DNA of 64,000 bases from positions 62,001 to 126,000 of the forward strand of contig JAUGWO010000139.1 of assembly GCA_049724395.1 (NCBI GenBank). Reading direction: 5' to 3'. Positions within the stretch are counted from its first letter, which is position 1, and each line of letters starts with the position of its first letter. Source of the DNA: Spongospora subterranea f. sp. subterranea (taxonomy: Eukaryota). This document shows, in pieces, positions 11,796 through 24,107 of the stretch. Below the pieces are notes generated by a model. That model ran no database searches. It was not told where the DNA came from and saw only the letters and a list, made by a program, of their open reading frames with translations. A program made the position numbers and the translations under genes.

Positions 11796-13159
11796 GAAGG
11801 TCTGTCAGATACGGTTGTCCACCACCCCGGTAAAAATTGTTCTATTGCAGCAATCGACCGTCATTTGGTGGCCGTTTTGGATCTGGAAGCTGCTGAATAT
11901 GCTTTTCAGCGGCCAGATTCAAAGCGCAACAACGTAATTGTCACCGCTTCTCATCCCTTGTTTCCCTACTCGAAATGGTTCCTCTGTTTTGGCTTCTCAT
12001 ATATGTTGACAGCAAGACTAACGATAAGACGTTGTGGAACGAACAACTATGAACAATGGCGGATCCAATCTCAGAACTCTGTTTGACCCATTTTTGAAAT
12101 GTATTTTCTGATATCAGATGCGCTGATAGATAATAGAATCCATATCATCAAACTCTTTGTTCGCTCGGCATCGTGAATAAGTCACCGTTGCGGCAGCCAG
12201 GACAAGTAAGGTCATCGCCACACCCAAATTGAACGATAGAATCATTGCATCTATTTCAAATGTCAGAATTCAGGATATATAATCTGCTTCCCATTATGCT
12301 GAGGGTGTTGTGAAATCTGTCCTGGCAACCAATGTAATACCCACCGCATTTGAAATTCATTGCCATAAACACGACAAACAATAAATTGGTGGGTGCCGTT
12401 AGTGCAAGGGCAGATTCCATGACGTCAGCAGCACTATAGGAAGCTAGGCAGTTGTCAAACACATCCTTACAATTATTTGAAACCTCGTGATGACCTTGAT
12501 TACGCGTCGTCTTGCTGGCAACCCCATCACTGATCGTGTTGTGTCTCCTCATATCCGGGGTCGTTATCTTGTATTGATGTGGCGTTTTGGGATCCTCAGT
12601 GTCGTAGTCACCTAAGAAGAAGGGCATCGTGGGCGGCATCAGACTCTATTCCAATGTCAATATCCGAATTGATCAACAGAGATAAAGACTAATGATCACC
12701 TTCTTGCATTGGTCTGACACCTCTTGTTTGTGTTGCCAAATACACATTAACAGCTCGTGATGTGTCTTAATATCAGGACAAAATTTCATGGCGTCATGGG
12801 CGCATTTGAATAAGGGCCGCGTTTCAATCGCGTGTGTTTGCACTTTTCTGATAGGTCTTGATCATGATCGCTCAGACAAGACATAACTTTGGCTAAACCA
12901 TGCACATTTCTGCAAAGTTTGTCGCGATCCTTAGCGCACGCGCTGAAGTGGCCCATCGTATCAAATCCGGACGCCGATATGGCACCGATCAACGCCGTTA
13001 CCAGCAAGAGAGGGAAAAGTTTGGACATTGAACGCGATGTGTTGATAAGCGATCAATGACTATGAAGTATTTTTCGGGAAAAGAGGTCCGATTAGTAAAA
13101 TATGAGCGAGAACTCATCCTCCGACTCAAACCACCGACCGAATAAAACATCCGCTTCTG
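11796..13159. repeat. copy 2 of ~1.4 kb direct segmental duplication
   Basis: Aligns with 7766-9178. Confidence 0.95.
12114..13028 (-). pseudogene. second copy of Cys-repeat secreted protein gene, frameshifted after repeat 1
   Basis: Near-identical to 8136-9047 but with a 2-nt expansion (CGTGTGTTTG vs CGTGTTTG, ~12831-12840) giving ..KCKHTRLKRGPYSNAPMTP*. Could be an assembly error. Confidence 0.65.
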
Positions 13160-13614
13160 CTACTCCTAAATTGAAGTACTTGTAATAACGTCTGAATTTG
13201 GGGGTTGGATTCGAAATTGAAAATTTTGATTTTAAGATGAATGCCTGAAAATTCGCACTTCAGTTCGAGGTTTCGTTAGTTTGTCGTCGTGCTAACACGG
13301 CCGTGCTCAATTCTGTGGAGCCAGATTTTGTTACATTCAGTATGATGTGAATTGTCTCTGATTTGCATCTTGTCAATATCATGATGCTCGTCGACGTTCA
13401 GGTCTAGTAGTAACTGACATCGATTTCAATCAAAACTTCAATATTGACCAAGTCAGAGCTCAGTTTTGTTTTTGGCAAGCACAGCCCGAGTATAGGTCTC
13501 ACCAGGTTTTTAGCAAATACTCCATCAAATTTTGCGACAAAAAGCGGCCGACGTTATTGGCAACCACTGTTTGCAGACCTGCCGCAGCAATGGTCCCCCC
13601 ATGCCGCTCGACCT

Positions 13615-13830
13615 ATATCTGGACAATGCCACATGTTGATGTAATACTGTGGTACCTTTGCAATGCCCATATTTTTATTCTGCTTGATGCCTTTGAGGGA
13701 TACTGGCAATTTCCTCTCCATCAGGAATCCCAAGAAGCGTGCTCATCATGACGTATGAAGCCGTTTTCACCACAAGGCGTATCACGCAAGGGATTTGCGA
13801 TGCTGTCTTAGCATTCCAATCTGCCGCAGC
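13615..13830 (+). mobile_element. Ty3/gypsy reverse transcriptase fragment
   Basis: WTMPHVDVIL..FILLDAFEGYWQFPLHQESQE, then (frameshifted) MTYEAVFTTRRITQGICDAVLAFQSA. Confidence 0.8.
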
Positions 13831-14222
13831 CCTTGTCCCCCATGCCGCTTGACCTATTCCCAAATATGTTACTTATTAAACCACTCCTTATTTCGGGTTT
13901 TACCGATCAGGACATCGACTCCGGAAATATGTCGAAGAGTAAAGTTTTCCACTTGTGGTTTTTTGCTTATGATGAAGACAAAATCGTCGATTGCAGCGAA
14001 TTTGAAATTCTATGGTTTTCAAGATTGTGATGTGTTCGATCTGCTTCAGCAAAAAAACCTTGGTGAGGCAACCGCCTCAAAGGTCCAGAAAAATGGCATA
14101 TAAGCTATGACCGATTAAAAACAAAAAAGTAGGTGATGACGATCTAACATCGTCAGCACAAGACGAAGGTTTGGAAAATGGTTTAACTAAAATATATTTA
14201 CTGCGAATCTGAGCCAGGTATG

Positions 14223-14815
14223 TCACTCTCCATACGCGTCTGTGTCTTCTTGCCAATAATTTGTTCGAGCCATAACAATATCTTTTCCTAAGCCTCAGGT
14301 TAAGCAGAAATAACACTCACGATAGCACCTATACCGATTGCGCGAATCCATGCTAAAAACAGGAATTATTTTGTGAGCAAGGATGATGAAATAACGCCAA
14401 CCTTCTTTCAACGCCGGAGTTGCTGCACTCAAAGAGAACCCATATTCTGTTGAGTACACATCAAATGAATTGGAACGTCGAGTCACATCTTCAGAACTCT
14501 GAGGAACAGATATGAAATCAATGAGTTACGGTCCCATATCTCATCAAAATTGGCAGGATACCTTTACAGAAGAGAAAACACTCAGATCGATAATCTCTGT
14601 CGGATTTACATACTCTTTTTCATTTCTAAATGTATACAGTTTTGATTTATGAAGAACAACCCACCTTTTTTTCCATATTCTCAAAATACGGCCTGACAAC
14701 CAAACAATCAATTAGCGTTCTGGACCGGAACATAGACATTACTTTGTTTATCAAGCCATCCTTCTATGGTGGGATCTCTAATATCAACACATGAGTTGGA
14801 AGAAGGAACCGCCAT
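14223..14815 (-). CDS. small stand-alone pleckstrin homology (PH) domain protein, multi-exon
   Basis: Spliced: MAVPSSNSCVDIRDPTIEGWLDKQSRILRIWKKRWVVLHKSKLYTFRNEKEYVNPTEIIDL..NSFDVYSTEYGFSLSAATPALKEAWIRAIGKDIVMARTNYWQEDTDAYGE*. Confidence 0.85.
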
Positions 14816-15367
14816 AATCAATAATCCTAAGCCTTCGATTGTGCCCGATTTTGTGCGAAATGAAATTACCTATTGATATCCCTCTTCCCCGACTGGTACA
14901 ATTTTGGCGGGACCTCTCTTTTAGACCATTGCCGCAGTGCAGTGGGACCAGCATGGGAAAGAGAAACGTGTTGAGGCCGAAAGTGGCAAAGACAGTTAGG
15001 TGTAACCCTCCTGGACATTCTGTGGTTCTTTCATTCGGTAACACCTACACATTAGACCAAATGTGCATTCTGCTGTTCGGCGTTAGCGGGTGGAGATCAT
15101 TCAAATACCCGACATCGCGATGTTTTCAGCATCGCTTTCCGTGTTGGATTTTTCGATGATGCTTGGGACATATGCACCAATATAAAAACAACACCGGCGA
15201 TCACCCTATTCTAATACAGGGCCACTTTTGCCGAAAAGAGCGGCCGCCGTAATCCGAGTTAAACTTTGGCTCTGGGATTGCTCGGCTCGGCTTCGAAATA
15301 GCTGCACTGGAAGCCGAAGCCGAAACGGAGGGTCAGCGTTTGGGGGAATATTTCGAATGAATATTTT

Positions 15368-16466
15368 TTATGTTTGATCGTACTCATCGATTTCGTCGAG
15401 GTCGTCATCGTTGTTATACAGATCATTTGAATAATCAGAAACCGAGTCGTCGCTTCCAGAATCACTCTCATCTTCGGGATATGAACAATATGGATTATCG
15501 GCGGCATTTGAATCTTCCGAATCGTACTCTTCTTCGCAACTTTCATCAAATAAGAGTTCGTCATTGAGCGGGTCTAACTCCAATTTCCGATCTTAAGTCT
15601 AAATATGCACTGAAAGTAATGTATTAGCGACCTCCATTCAGTTGAGTTTATGGAATACCTGTCGCTGATTTGTAAACTAGACGCATTACCATTGCAGACA
15701 AAAATGTCCCATACGAAATCGTCAGCAGTGTGAATCTGACGGTGAGATTAGAGAGAATCAGGGAAAATTTCATAGTCGGATTGATTACATTGTCAAATTG
15801 GTCCTTGTATCGGTCCATTAGATTATCAAAGTTTGATCTGGTACTAGCGCTTTCCGACGCTGTTGCAGGTTTCAACGGGTCAATATCAATAAACTTGAAA
15901 CGACTTGCTTCAATCTGCATAGCTCTGAGGCGTCCAGCGATTGACGAATGATCTTGGCGTTTTCGCGCTAGCGACGATGTCCTAATAGTTGTCAAATCGC
16001 CTGCTTTAAAGTCTTTTAATCTGTCCTGAAATGGGATTGAAAATTGTTGAGAAAATCTCAAAACATAAAAATACCCTCAATCGCGATTGGATCTCTGTTC
16101 CTTCGAAATTTTCGCCCTTTTCCATAGTCTCCAGGCGGCAAAACCCTGTGAAAGATTACAAAAAAACTTCAAGATTGTTAAGCAACTGGCGAAATACATT
16201 TTTTCGATGACGTCAACGGTTCAGAATGGTTGTCACCATCGATTGAGATATTCTGCAAGCAGGAAGCGGCAGCGGCTACAGAACTTGTAGCAGGCCTTTT
16301 TCTACATGGACCTTCTACGACTACAATATAGGAATGATTTCAGACGACTTCGGCTGACTAGCAAAAGCGCCAACCCACCAAGATCGTCAACTGGGAGAGA
16401 CGTTCTTGGCCTCTTCACCCGAACAAGTAATATCGGTGCAGGCTCATTAACAGCGTCATTGGACAT
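15368..16466 (-). CDS. IWR1: RNA polymerase II nuclear import factor Iwr1/SLC7A6OS-like
   Basis: N-terminal LLVRVKRPR..PVDDL motif; acidic C-terminus with YDSEDSNAADNPYCSYPEDE. Confidence 0.75.
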
Positions 16467-16559
16467 AATGGTGATGGATGGAGAAGTGAACTCCAGTCAG
16501 GACGATTTCCAACAATGTCTGGACTTTTGAGAAATGATCTGAAAACAGCCATATTTCTT

Positions 16560-17040
16560 GAAACTGCGTGAATGACCTCGGTCATTTCCGTAATGCAGTT
16601 GGCATGTTCACAGTCATAAGCTTTCAGTGTCTGAAATTGTTTTGATGCATCGTGCAGGATTCAAGAAACAGGATGCAGCCGAGTCCAGCTATTGGTATTG
16701 TTCGCATTCTTTAAATAAAATCATCACTTCTACAAATTTCGCCTGTCGCCGTGTCCTTGGCCATCTCGTTTCTGATGGGGAAGACGGCGGATCATTACGC
16801 AGCACGTTTCGGCGCGTTATTTCGAGGTATGCAGATGCCGATTGATTTGGAACAGTGGAATGACGCCTTTGCTGGCGATACGTGTGACTTCTCGGACGCT
16901 GAGCATGCAGGTTTCGAGCGCGCTCTCCGAATGCACTGCAACGTCCCTCCAGAGCAAGACATCAAAGTGGAGGTGTTCTATCGGTGCTGCTCTATATTGC
17001 AAAGAACTCCAACGCGAATAAGACGGAAGCAAGTTTTCGT
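16560..17040 (+). mobile_element. degenerate MULE-like DDE transposase fragment
   Basis: SLAISFLMGKTADHYAARFGALF..FAGDTCDFSDAEHAGFERAL..FYRCC resembles the D..DF....C..H core of Mutator-like transposases. Frameshifted. Confidence 0.5.
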
Positions 17041-18194
17041 CGAACCCGAATTAATTCAGTTTAATCGTCAGCACAGTATGGCGGCGGAGGACGGTCATAT
17101 TGCTGTAATTGCGTCTTTTCAGCGACAACGTTTACAGGAGAGGAACGGTTTTTTTGCAAACCGACTTGATCGAAAGATTCCTTGTCGACAGACACTGTCC
17201 TACTGCCAATCTCACAATGACAACCGGCTTCTTGTCCTGTCGGTGGCTGGAATATGCGGTCTGGTTCAAGTTCAGTGGAGGATGACGTCGAAACGCGAAA
17301 CTGGTCTGTGACAGACGCCAGTGTCAAAAATATGGACTGATTGACAGTTCATCAAACCTGATTGCCCTTCGAAGTATCACCAATGCCGACCGAAGGCAGT
17401 GTTGCTGAACACCAGAACGTGCATTTTTGTATATCAACTCACATCGAAGTCGGGTCCTGTCGTACCACAGATGAACTTCGAAAGCAATGTGGCTTGCACC
17501 TTGAAGTCGATCACCGACGTGTTCTCCTGTTTTCCCTCCAAAAACTTGATGATGCAGATGAGAATATCGAAGGAAAGTTGGTCGCCTGTCAGTTAAGTGA
17601 TTCAAGTACGATGGGAGTGAAGATTGAGCAAATTTTGAAAAATAACTTCTATGGTAGATTTGTCGATTCGAGATGTTGAAAGGACAATGAACGAACATCG
17701 GCAGCTTGAATATAATCTTGTCAGTCCTGTGATCATATTTCATTTAATCATGAAGCCGAGTCGTCAATCTTCAGGATCGGGCGGCAAATGCATTGATAGT
17801 GCTAAGCCATGAAAATGAAGGAGATCAAAACAACGACGCAAAGCATGTCAAACAGACCGAGGAACTGCATCAAGTCGCAGTAAAACGGTTTCAAGAAAGA
17901 ATCGATATGCTAGAGAGAGAATTACAACAAACGAAGTAGGTTTCATTATTCGCCTTTGCATAAACGACCGCTGACAAGCCACGATAGGAAGGCCCTGTTG
18001 GACTATCAAACATGGAGGAAGGCAAGTAAGAGCAATATTAATAAGCTGCGGCAAGAGTTCATAGAGCTCAAGATGGCATTGAAAGATGCTAACATTACTA
18101 ATTAACAGAGTACTCAGACAAGCGTATGCAAACTCAAAGGTTCAGGGCCGCTTGTTAATAGTGATTGCCCTTGTGAAAAGCATGATGAGATGAT

Positions 18195-18862
18195 TTATGA
18201 ACCTCCATGAAGGATGACGTAGTCCATTCCACGATCTCTTCGGCACTTGCAATACTTGAAGATGATCATTACGAACGTGATCAACAGCATTAGAAGCAAC
18301 GCCATCACAATCAGCACGAACCAGACTCCCATTGATTAGACATTGTCCCCAACACCATGTATGTGGAACGATGCTAAATGTCATAAAACTGTAGTCGAAG
18401 TTTTTTTGACGGTTTCTTAACGGTGACCCTTCGAGGCAATACCCGCCTTTTCCATTTTCGTCTTCTTCGAACTCAACGACGCTAACAACTTTCTGAAAAG
18501 CGGTTATTTGTACTTCTCCTTGCTTGATGTAAACACAGCCCAGTGAGCTGGTACACGAATTGCATGTGGGTTCAGCGTCGGAATTGCATTTACAATCTTC
18601 GGGGTCGTAAATATATAAACCGACCAGAGATTCGCTAGCCAATAAACATGTCGAACTCGACCTGCTCCATTTGCATCCTGAAAACACTCTGAATACGGTG
18701 TAATCAAGTTTCAAATACCGAACCTGAAAGGCTGGTGCATGATTTGCAATCATCTTCTAGATGGCATGGCAAATTGGACGCGACTTCCGTCAAGTTGTGA
18801 CTGACACCAACGCCCAACGTGACAGCGATTACAGCAAGGAAGACCCCTTGCCTAATCGCCAT
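18195..18862 (-). CDS. PSI-domain type-I membrane protein (PTTG1IP-like)
   Basis: Signal peptide MAIRQGVFLAVIAVTLGVG; CKSCTSLSGCKW..C and CNSCTSSLGCVY PSI-like motifs; WCWGQC followed by a TM helix (ALLLMLLITFVMIIF) and a tail with YVIL. Confidence 0.65.
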
Positions 18863-19870
18863 AATTCCCCGGCTAGCAAACGGGCGTGTAAGAATATTCG
18901 AAATAGCTTTGATGGGAAATCCGAGAAAAAGCTATAGAGTGATAGCGATACATATTGATAAGCAGCCCTGTCATGGATGCACTAGACACTCAGTAATGTG
19001 CTCAGATATTGAGTGCGGAAGCGGTTCCGCACCCGCACTATTTGCGCCAAACGCACCGACCCACTGTCCATTTGTTTCAGTCGAAAGCCGTTCGGGGTGC
19101 GTGGGTCGGACACCGTTTACCGTAAAAATATCAAAGGACGGGAAATACAAATCATAACCAACAAGAAAATGACGAGATGGAGGAAGAAGAGGGTACAGGC
19201 CCTAAACCGTGGATGGATAGGACGTTTTTTCCCAATGAGTAGCCGAGCGTGTTGATTATCAGACCCGGCATATATGATCGGGAAAAGTCATGGAAACCTG
19301 TACATAATGCAACCTAGAGGAACGACAACAAGAGAGGATTCTGCAACGATTGCAGGGGCTATAAACGAAACAAACCATAGCGGGTAATACGGGTGAGGCT
19401 TCGACATTTTTTTTGTTCATCACCTGACCGGTTGAAAAAACCCCACTGAAAAGTCGCTCCGTTTGTATTTATTTTGTACCATCAATATCCAAATAAAACA
19501 CATCACAATAAGTAGCTTCAGGAATGTCACCAGTGACAACCGCTTTTTTTTTGCAGAAACCGGCGAGAGTTCAATCACGTTCAAAGTTTAAGGTTTGGCT
19601 GTCTTGATGCAGCCACGTTGATAAGCGAATTCGCCTTCTCGTTATCTCGGAGAAAATTAGTGGAAAAGTAAAATCCCTAGGAGAAGCTAGTACAATTTAT
19701 AATCTTCAATGATCCACTCTGTGAAAGCGTTGCTGTCGTAAGTATCGACAAAAAGCAGACAAACGACGTGATATCTCTTGGCGGGACAGCTCACGTACTC
19801 GTGTTCACTGACCAAAGAACCACCTCCAACGGCGAGACGCACCGATCAGCAGCTGGAAACAGGAACGCAA

Positions 19871-22800
19871 ATGCCCATCGACACCGGTGTTCTGTATTCG
19901 GTTTATTGGTTTCGACTGTGTGCCGTGTTTCACCATTTGAGTCTCAGACACAGAGCACAACTCAACCATCGCCCCTCTCTTCATTCGTCGTCTGACGCCA
20001 TCAATGGGGGACCAGATCGCCGACATTGTTCCGGTCTTTATTCCCGAGAAAAGTCTGATCCGCTATGGAATGAAACTGTCGGAAGATATCGGCCATTCTG
20101 TGGGTTTGTTTTTGTTATCCATTTGGTTTTTCTGAAACTGCTGTTCAGGTTCCAATGCATAGTTTCCAAACACAGCAGATAAAGGAGGAATTAACGGCCA
20201 TGGGATTTATGTGTGATTTCCACGCTGTGAGAGAGAAGGTTTTCGAATGGACTTTGGAGACGATACTGGTGGTGAAAGATGAGCAAGGTTCACAATACTC
20301 AATAGACTGGAACCTCAAATATAGTGAGATCGTATCTGAACCTAGGTCTCTATGGGGAAAATTACTTCTGGGCCGCTTCCCAAGCGTTGATGAACCAGTA
20401 TAATCCTCAGGAAGCGTCAGGTTCCACTTCCAACGAGCCACAGGTAAACCGAAGCAGCACCAGCGGTCGAGATCAGATTCGAATAGTAAGTTCAGGAAAG
20501 CGAAAGCGAAAAGGTTGCCAGATTGGCCAGAGAAGAGGAAGAGAAGGCAGCGGAAACCAAGTTACTGACGTATGTTGAGCCGGATTGGGTTCCAAAACAT
20601 TGGGTGAGTTTAGGAAGTGAAGCCGAAATAGACTCGTTTTGGATCGAGGGAAGGTATCGCCGGTAGTAAATTTTCTCGCAGACATTCGGCTGATTATGGT
20701 TTGCTATCAGCTGTCTTCGCGCACCGACATCGTTCCAGTTCCTGAAACCGCGGAAACTGTTTGGGGGCAAGTACCAGTTCGACAACGTCGACGTAAAAGA
20801 CTCACAGCTGATCTCCTGCAATCGCCAAATCGACAAGAACTACGATCAGCGCAAAATGTGCCTTGAAGGCGGTTTCCAATCGGCAGCTCCTCGAGTGGAT
20901 GCTGCTGTTCAGGTCAGTCGAACTGAGTTCCTTTCGTCGCCTTTCTGTAAATTAGCAATGTGTGCATATAGACATCAAGTTTCAGGCGGGTAAACAAGAT
21001 GACCGCATATAATCCAATGGACGCTGTTGATAATCGGAAAAACGATGCTTCGGAGAGCGCCGACCTTGCCAGAGCATTGAAAGCGTCCCACGCCGTTCTG
21101 CAAATCGCCATTGAACAAAACATCACAGTGGATATATTCAGAAACGATTTAGACGTGTCTGGAGAGCACGATCTACCTCTAGGCCCTAAATCAGAGCATA
21201 TCAGGTTTGTGTCTTCGAAACCGTTCAGTCTCCTCTGTCGGATCATGATAAACTCAGGTTCTTCAACACATTCGTCGATCTGCTGTACAGTAAAAGCCGG
21301 CGAATAACGGCGATTGATTGGGACAGTAGTCGCCCTGGTGCAGTCTCTGTCAGCTGCGCTCGATTTCGCACGTCAGATGAGGTGAGCGTTCGTGAGAACA
21401 TGACCATGATGAAATGTTCACTCCTGCTGCAAACCTGTTTAGAGAATCGACGCCTTAGGAACACCCCAACCAAGTTCGGTTCTTATTTGGAACTTCAATG
21501 ATCTGATCCATCCAGAGATGATACTGGAAGCGCCAGATGAAGTGTGAAACCGTTGATTGTATCATGGTTCAAATCGATAACTGACAAATCAATCAAGGTT
21601 TTCATGTTCCGATCTAATCCCAAGGCACCGCATATCGTGATTGGTGGGATGGCGAATGGGCAACTAATCATGTGGAATACCAACACGAGGAGGATTGTTT
21701 CCAAGGGCTCAGAGCATCAGAGAGAATCTGATCTGGATAGCAATGATCATGCATACGCTCCTCCCATCATTCACGTTGATCCCGCAATGATATCATATAC
21801 AGGTTTCCATCGTCTGGTTTATACGGGCGATCTTGATTGGCTAATCCTTTCAACTGCAATCAGAACGGTCGCACAGCCGACCGGTACAATGCCTGCAATG
21901 GCTCCAACCCGGTGTCGAAGTCCATAAACGAGGAGAGGTCAGTAATAGCTGCACTGAGCCACATAGCGTCCAGTTCGCTTCATTAGCGGGAGATGATCAT
22001 CTGTTATTCTGGGATATCAGAGGGGACATCAACTCTCAAGACCAACACAATATAGCGGATGAGGTACTACAGCTGTGTTGATGTGTCTGAGATTATCTTA
22101 GCGAGCTGGTGCAGAATGATTTTCGTTGGATTCCGGTGTATAGCGTTGATCTGAATTCATTTGCTGCCACATCCATGCATCTGTCGAACGATGCCAGAAG
22201 ATCCGCAATCTTTGCGAACGAAAACGGCATGATCGCCCTTGGTTCATGGCTGCCAAAGAAGGACCCATCGTCGGAGGTGGGTTTTCAAATTTCATTGGCC
22301 AAGGCCCAAATATGCAAAAACTATGTTGGCCTAGGACACAATACCTGGATCGGAATCAACCGCTAATAACAATAGCGTTATTGGCGCCACGATTGAGGCA
22401 CATACATTACCATGCCAATCGTTGCAGGTTCCTATCATCATAGCTCTTGCATCTGCTGCTTGACATTGGTGCTGCTATCAGATATCTCCAGACTTTCCAG
22501 ACCTGGTTTTAACTGTTGGAGATTGGTCGTTCTGTATATTTCGAATAGTGGATAAAACGAAGCAGCTGCAGAAAATTTTTCACTCTGGGTGCGCTAGTGA
22601 CTATTTAACAGGTATTCATGATCTATCGAGGTAAACTGTTGATGGTTATGGTGTGTTCAGGAGCGGTGTGGTGTCCCAGTAGACCTGGTGTGATCATAAC
22701 GTCGAAGGCAAACGGATCACTTGACGTTTGGGATTTGTGTGATCAATCGCATAAGCCGGCCACGTCTGATATGATGGTCTCGTCGACGGCGATATCGGAC

Positions 22801-23146
22801 ATGCAGTTTCGCCCATTGAGATATCCATTATCTTCGCAATCGCAGCCGATTGTACCCTACCTTGCCATTGGGGATTGTGGCGGAAATCTACACATCGTTC
22901 AGCTGCCATCGAATCTCACTACGTCAATACCAAATGAACTGCAAATCATGAAAGCGTTTTATGAACGAGAGACTCGACGGTTCCAGTATTTCGAGATAGT
23001 AAGGCTCCATATGTAGATTGCAGAACATTGATTACTAATAGGCAAATTTCAATCAGGTTCATAAACAAGGGCTATCTGAATCCGACAAAAAAGGACCCGG
23101 CAGTTCTCATAAAAGTGAAGGCGGACCTGCATCAATGGACACATGA
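19871..23146 (+). CDS. DNAI3: axonemal dynein intermediate chain WDR63/IC140 (WD40), multi-exon
   Basis: WVSLGSEAEID, ALQIAIEQNITVDIF-like segment, NPKAPHIVIGGMANGQLIMW, LTVGDWSF, WCPSRPGVI..GSLDVWDL.DQSHKP, LAIGDCGGNLHIVQLPSNL..E..IMKAFYERE. Start codon uncertain. Confidence 0.85.
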
Positions 23147-23479
23147 TATTTGTAAAAAACGTTTAGCAAATATAAAAGAACGCACTAGATTCAGCATATT
23201 TGAACTCTTCCCAGTTTGCAACACAGTTTCTGATATCATATACTCCTACCTATCAACATGTATGGCTGAATAGGGCCGAGAAAAGGCTGTGATCGTTTCT
23301 CGTTAATTCGTGGCCATTATTCACCAATATTGGCAGAGCGAAGGCATTGGATAAGCTATCCGATGGAACTTCCGCCCAATCAACAAAATCTCGACACCAT
23401 TTGGCCGCAACAATAAGGTAGAACTGTGGATTGGTTGGACAACCGATACTGTAGAATGGCAGATATATAGAACGCGTAT

Positions 23480-23650
23480 TGACCATATACCTCACATCTG
23501 GATAGTGCCCTGACCATTCACCCCAACGCATGGTTCGCGTCATGAACTGGCAAATGGATTGCATCCGGTAGCAATTCCAGCACAATGGAATACCGGAATC
23601 GAACGTGGCCCAAAATTTTCACAAAAACAAATGTAAATGTTTATCCCGTC
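23480..23650 (-). pseudogene. possible remnant of an XPG/H3TH-like domain as found in Academ-type transposons
   Basis: GPRSIPVFH..ATGC..QF..W..YPDV loosely matches the LPVFHALTGCD motif. Heavily degraded. Confidence 0.25.
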
Positions 23651-24107
23651 GGCTTTGTGAACAAATTGATTAACTTCAGTGAAATCAACCTCGTGCTCTC
23701 GTTCTGAAAACACCAAACGAAATTCTATAAATATTAGTGTACTCAATAATTTGTATTAAATAATCACAACCATCAAATCATAAAAGAGGTTCACATAGGT
23801 CGTCAAGAGCCAAGCTGCTCATGAAAAAAAAAGTGGCATGGGCCGTTCGCCTCACCAAACACAGATCATGTTGTCGTCGTATTGGCGAGTCAATGCACAT
23901 TACCTGAGGAGAGAGACTCGTCGTGTCACGTATGTAGCTCCATCAACGATACTGGAGAAAACCACTGTGTGTAGGTACTTTCTGTTTCACTGTAAATCCC
24001 GCTCTGATGTACAAGGGGGGTATCGTTGCGTGTGTAGCTGGAGCGACCTGAGTCAAGGACCTGTCCCCGGTCTCAACCCCCCTCCCCGTCCCCTTTCCTC
24101 CCTCATA

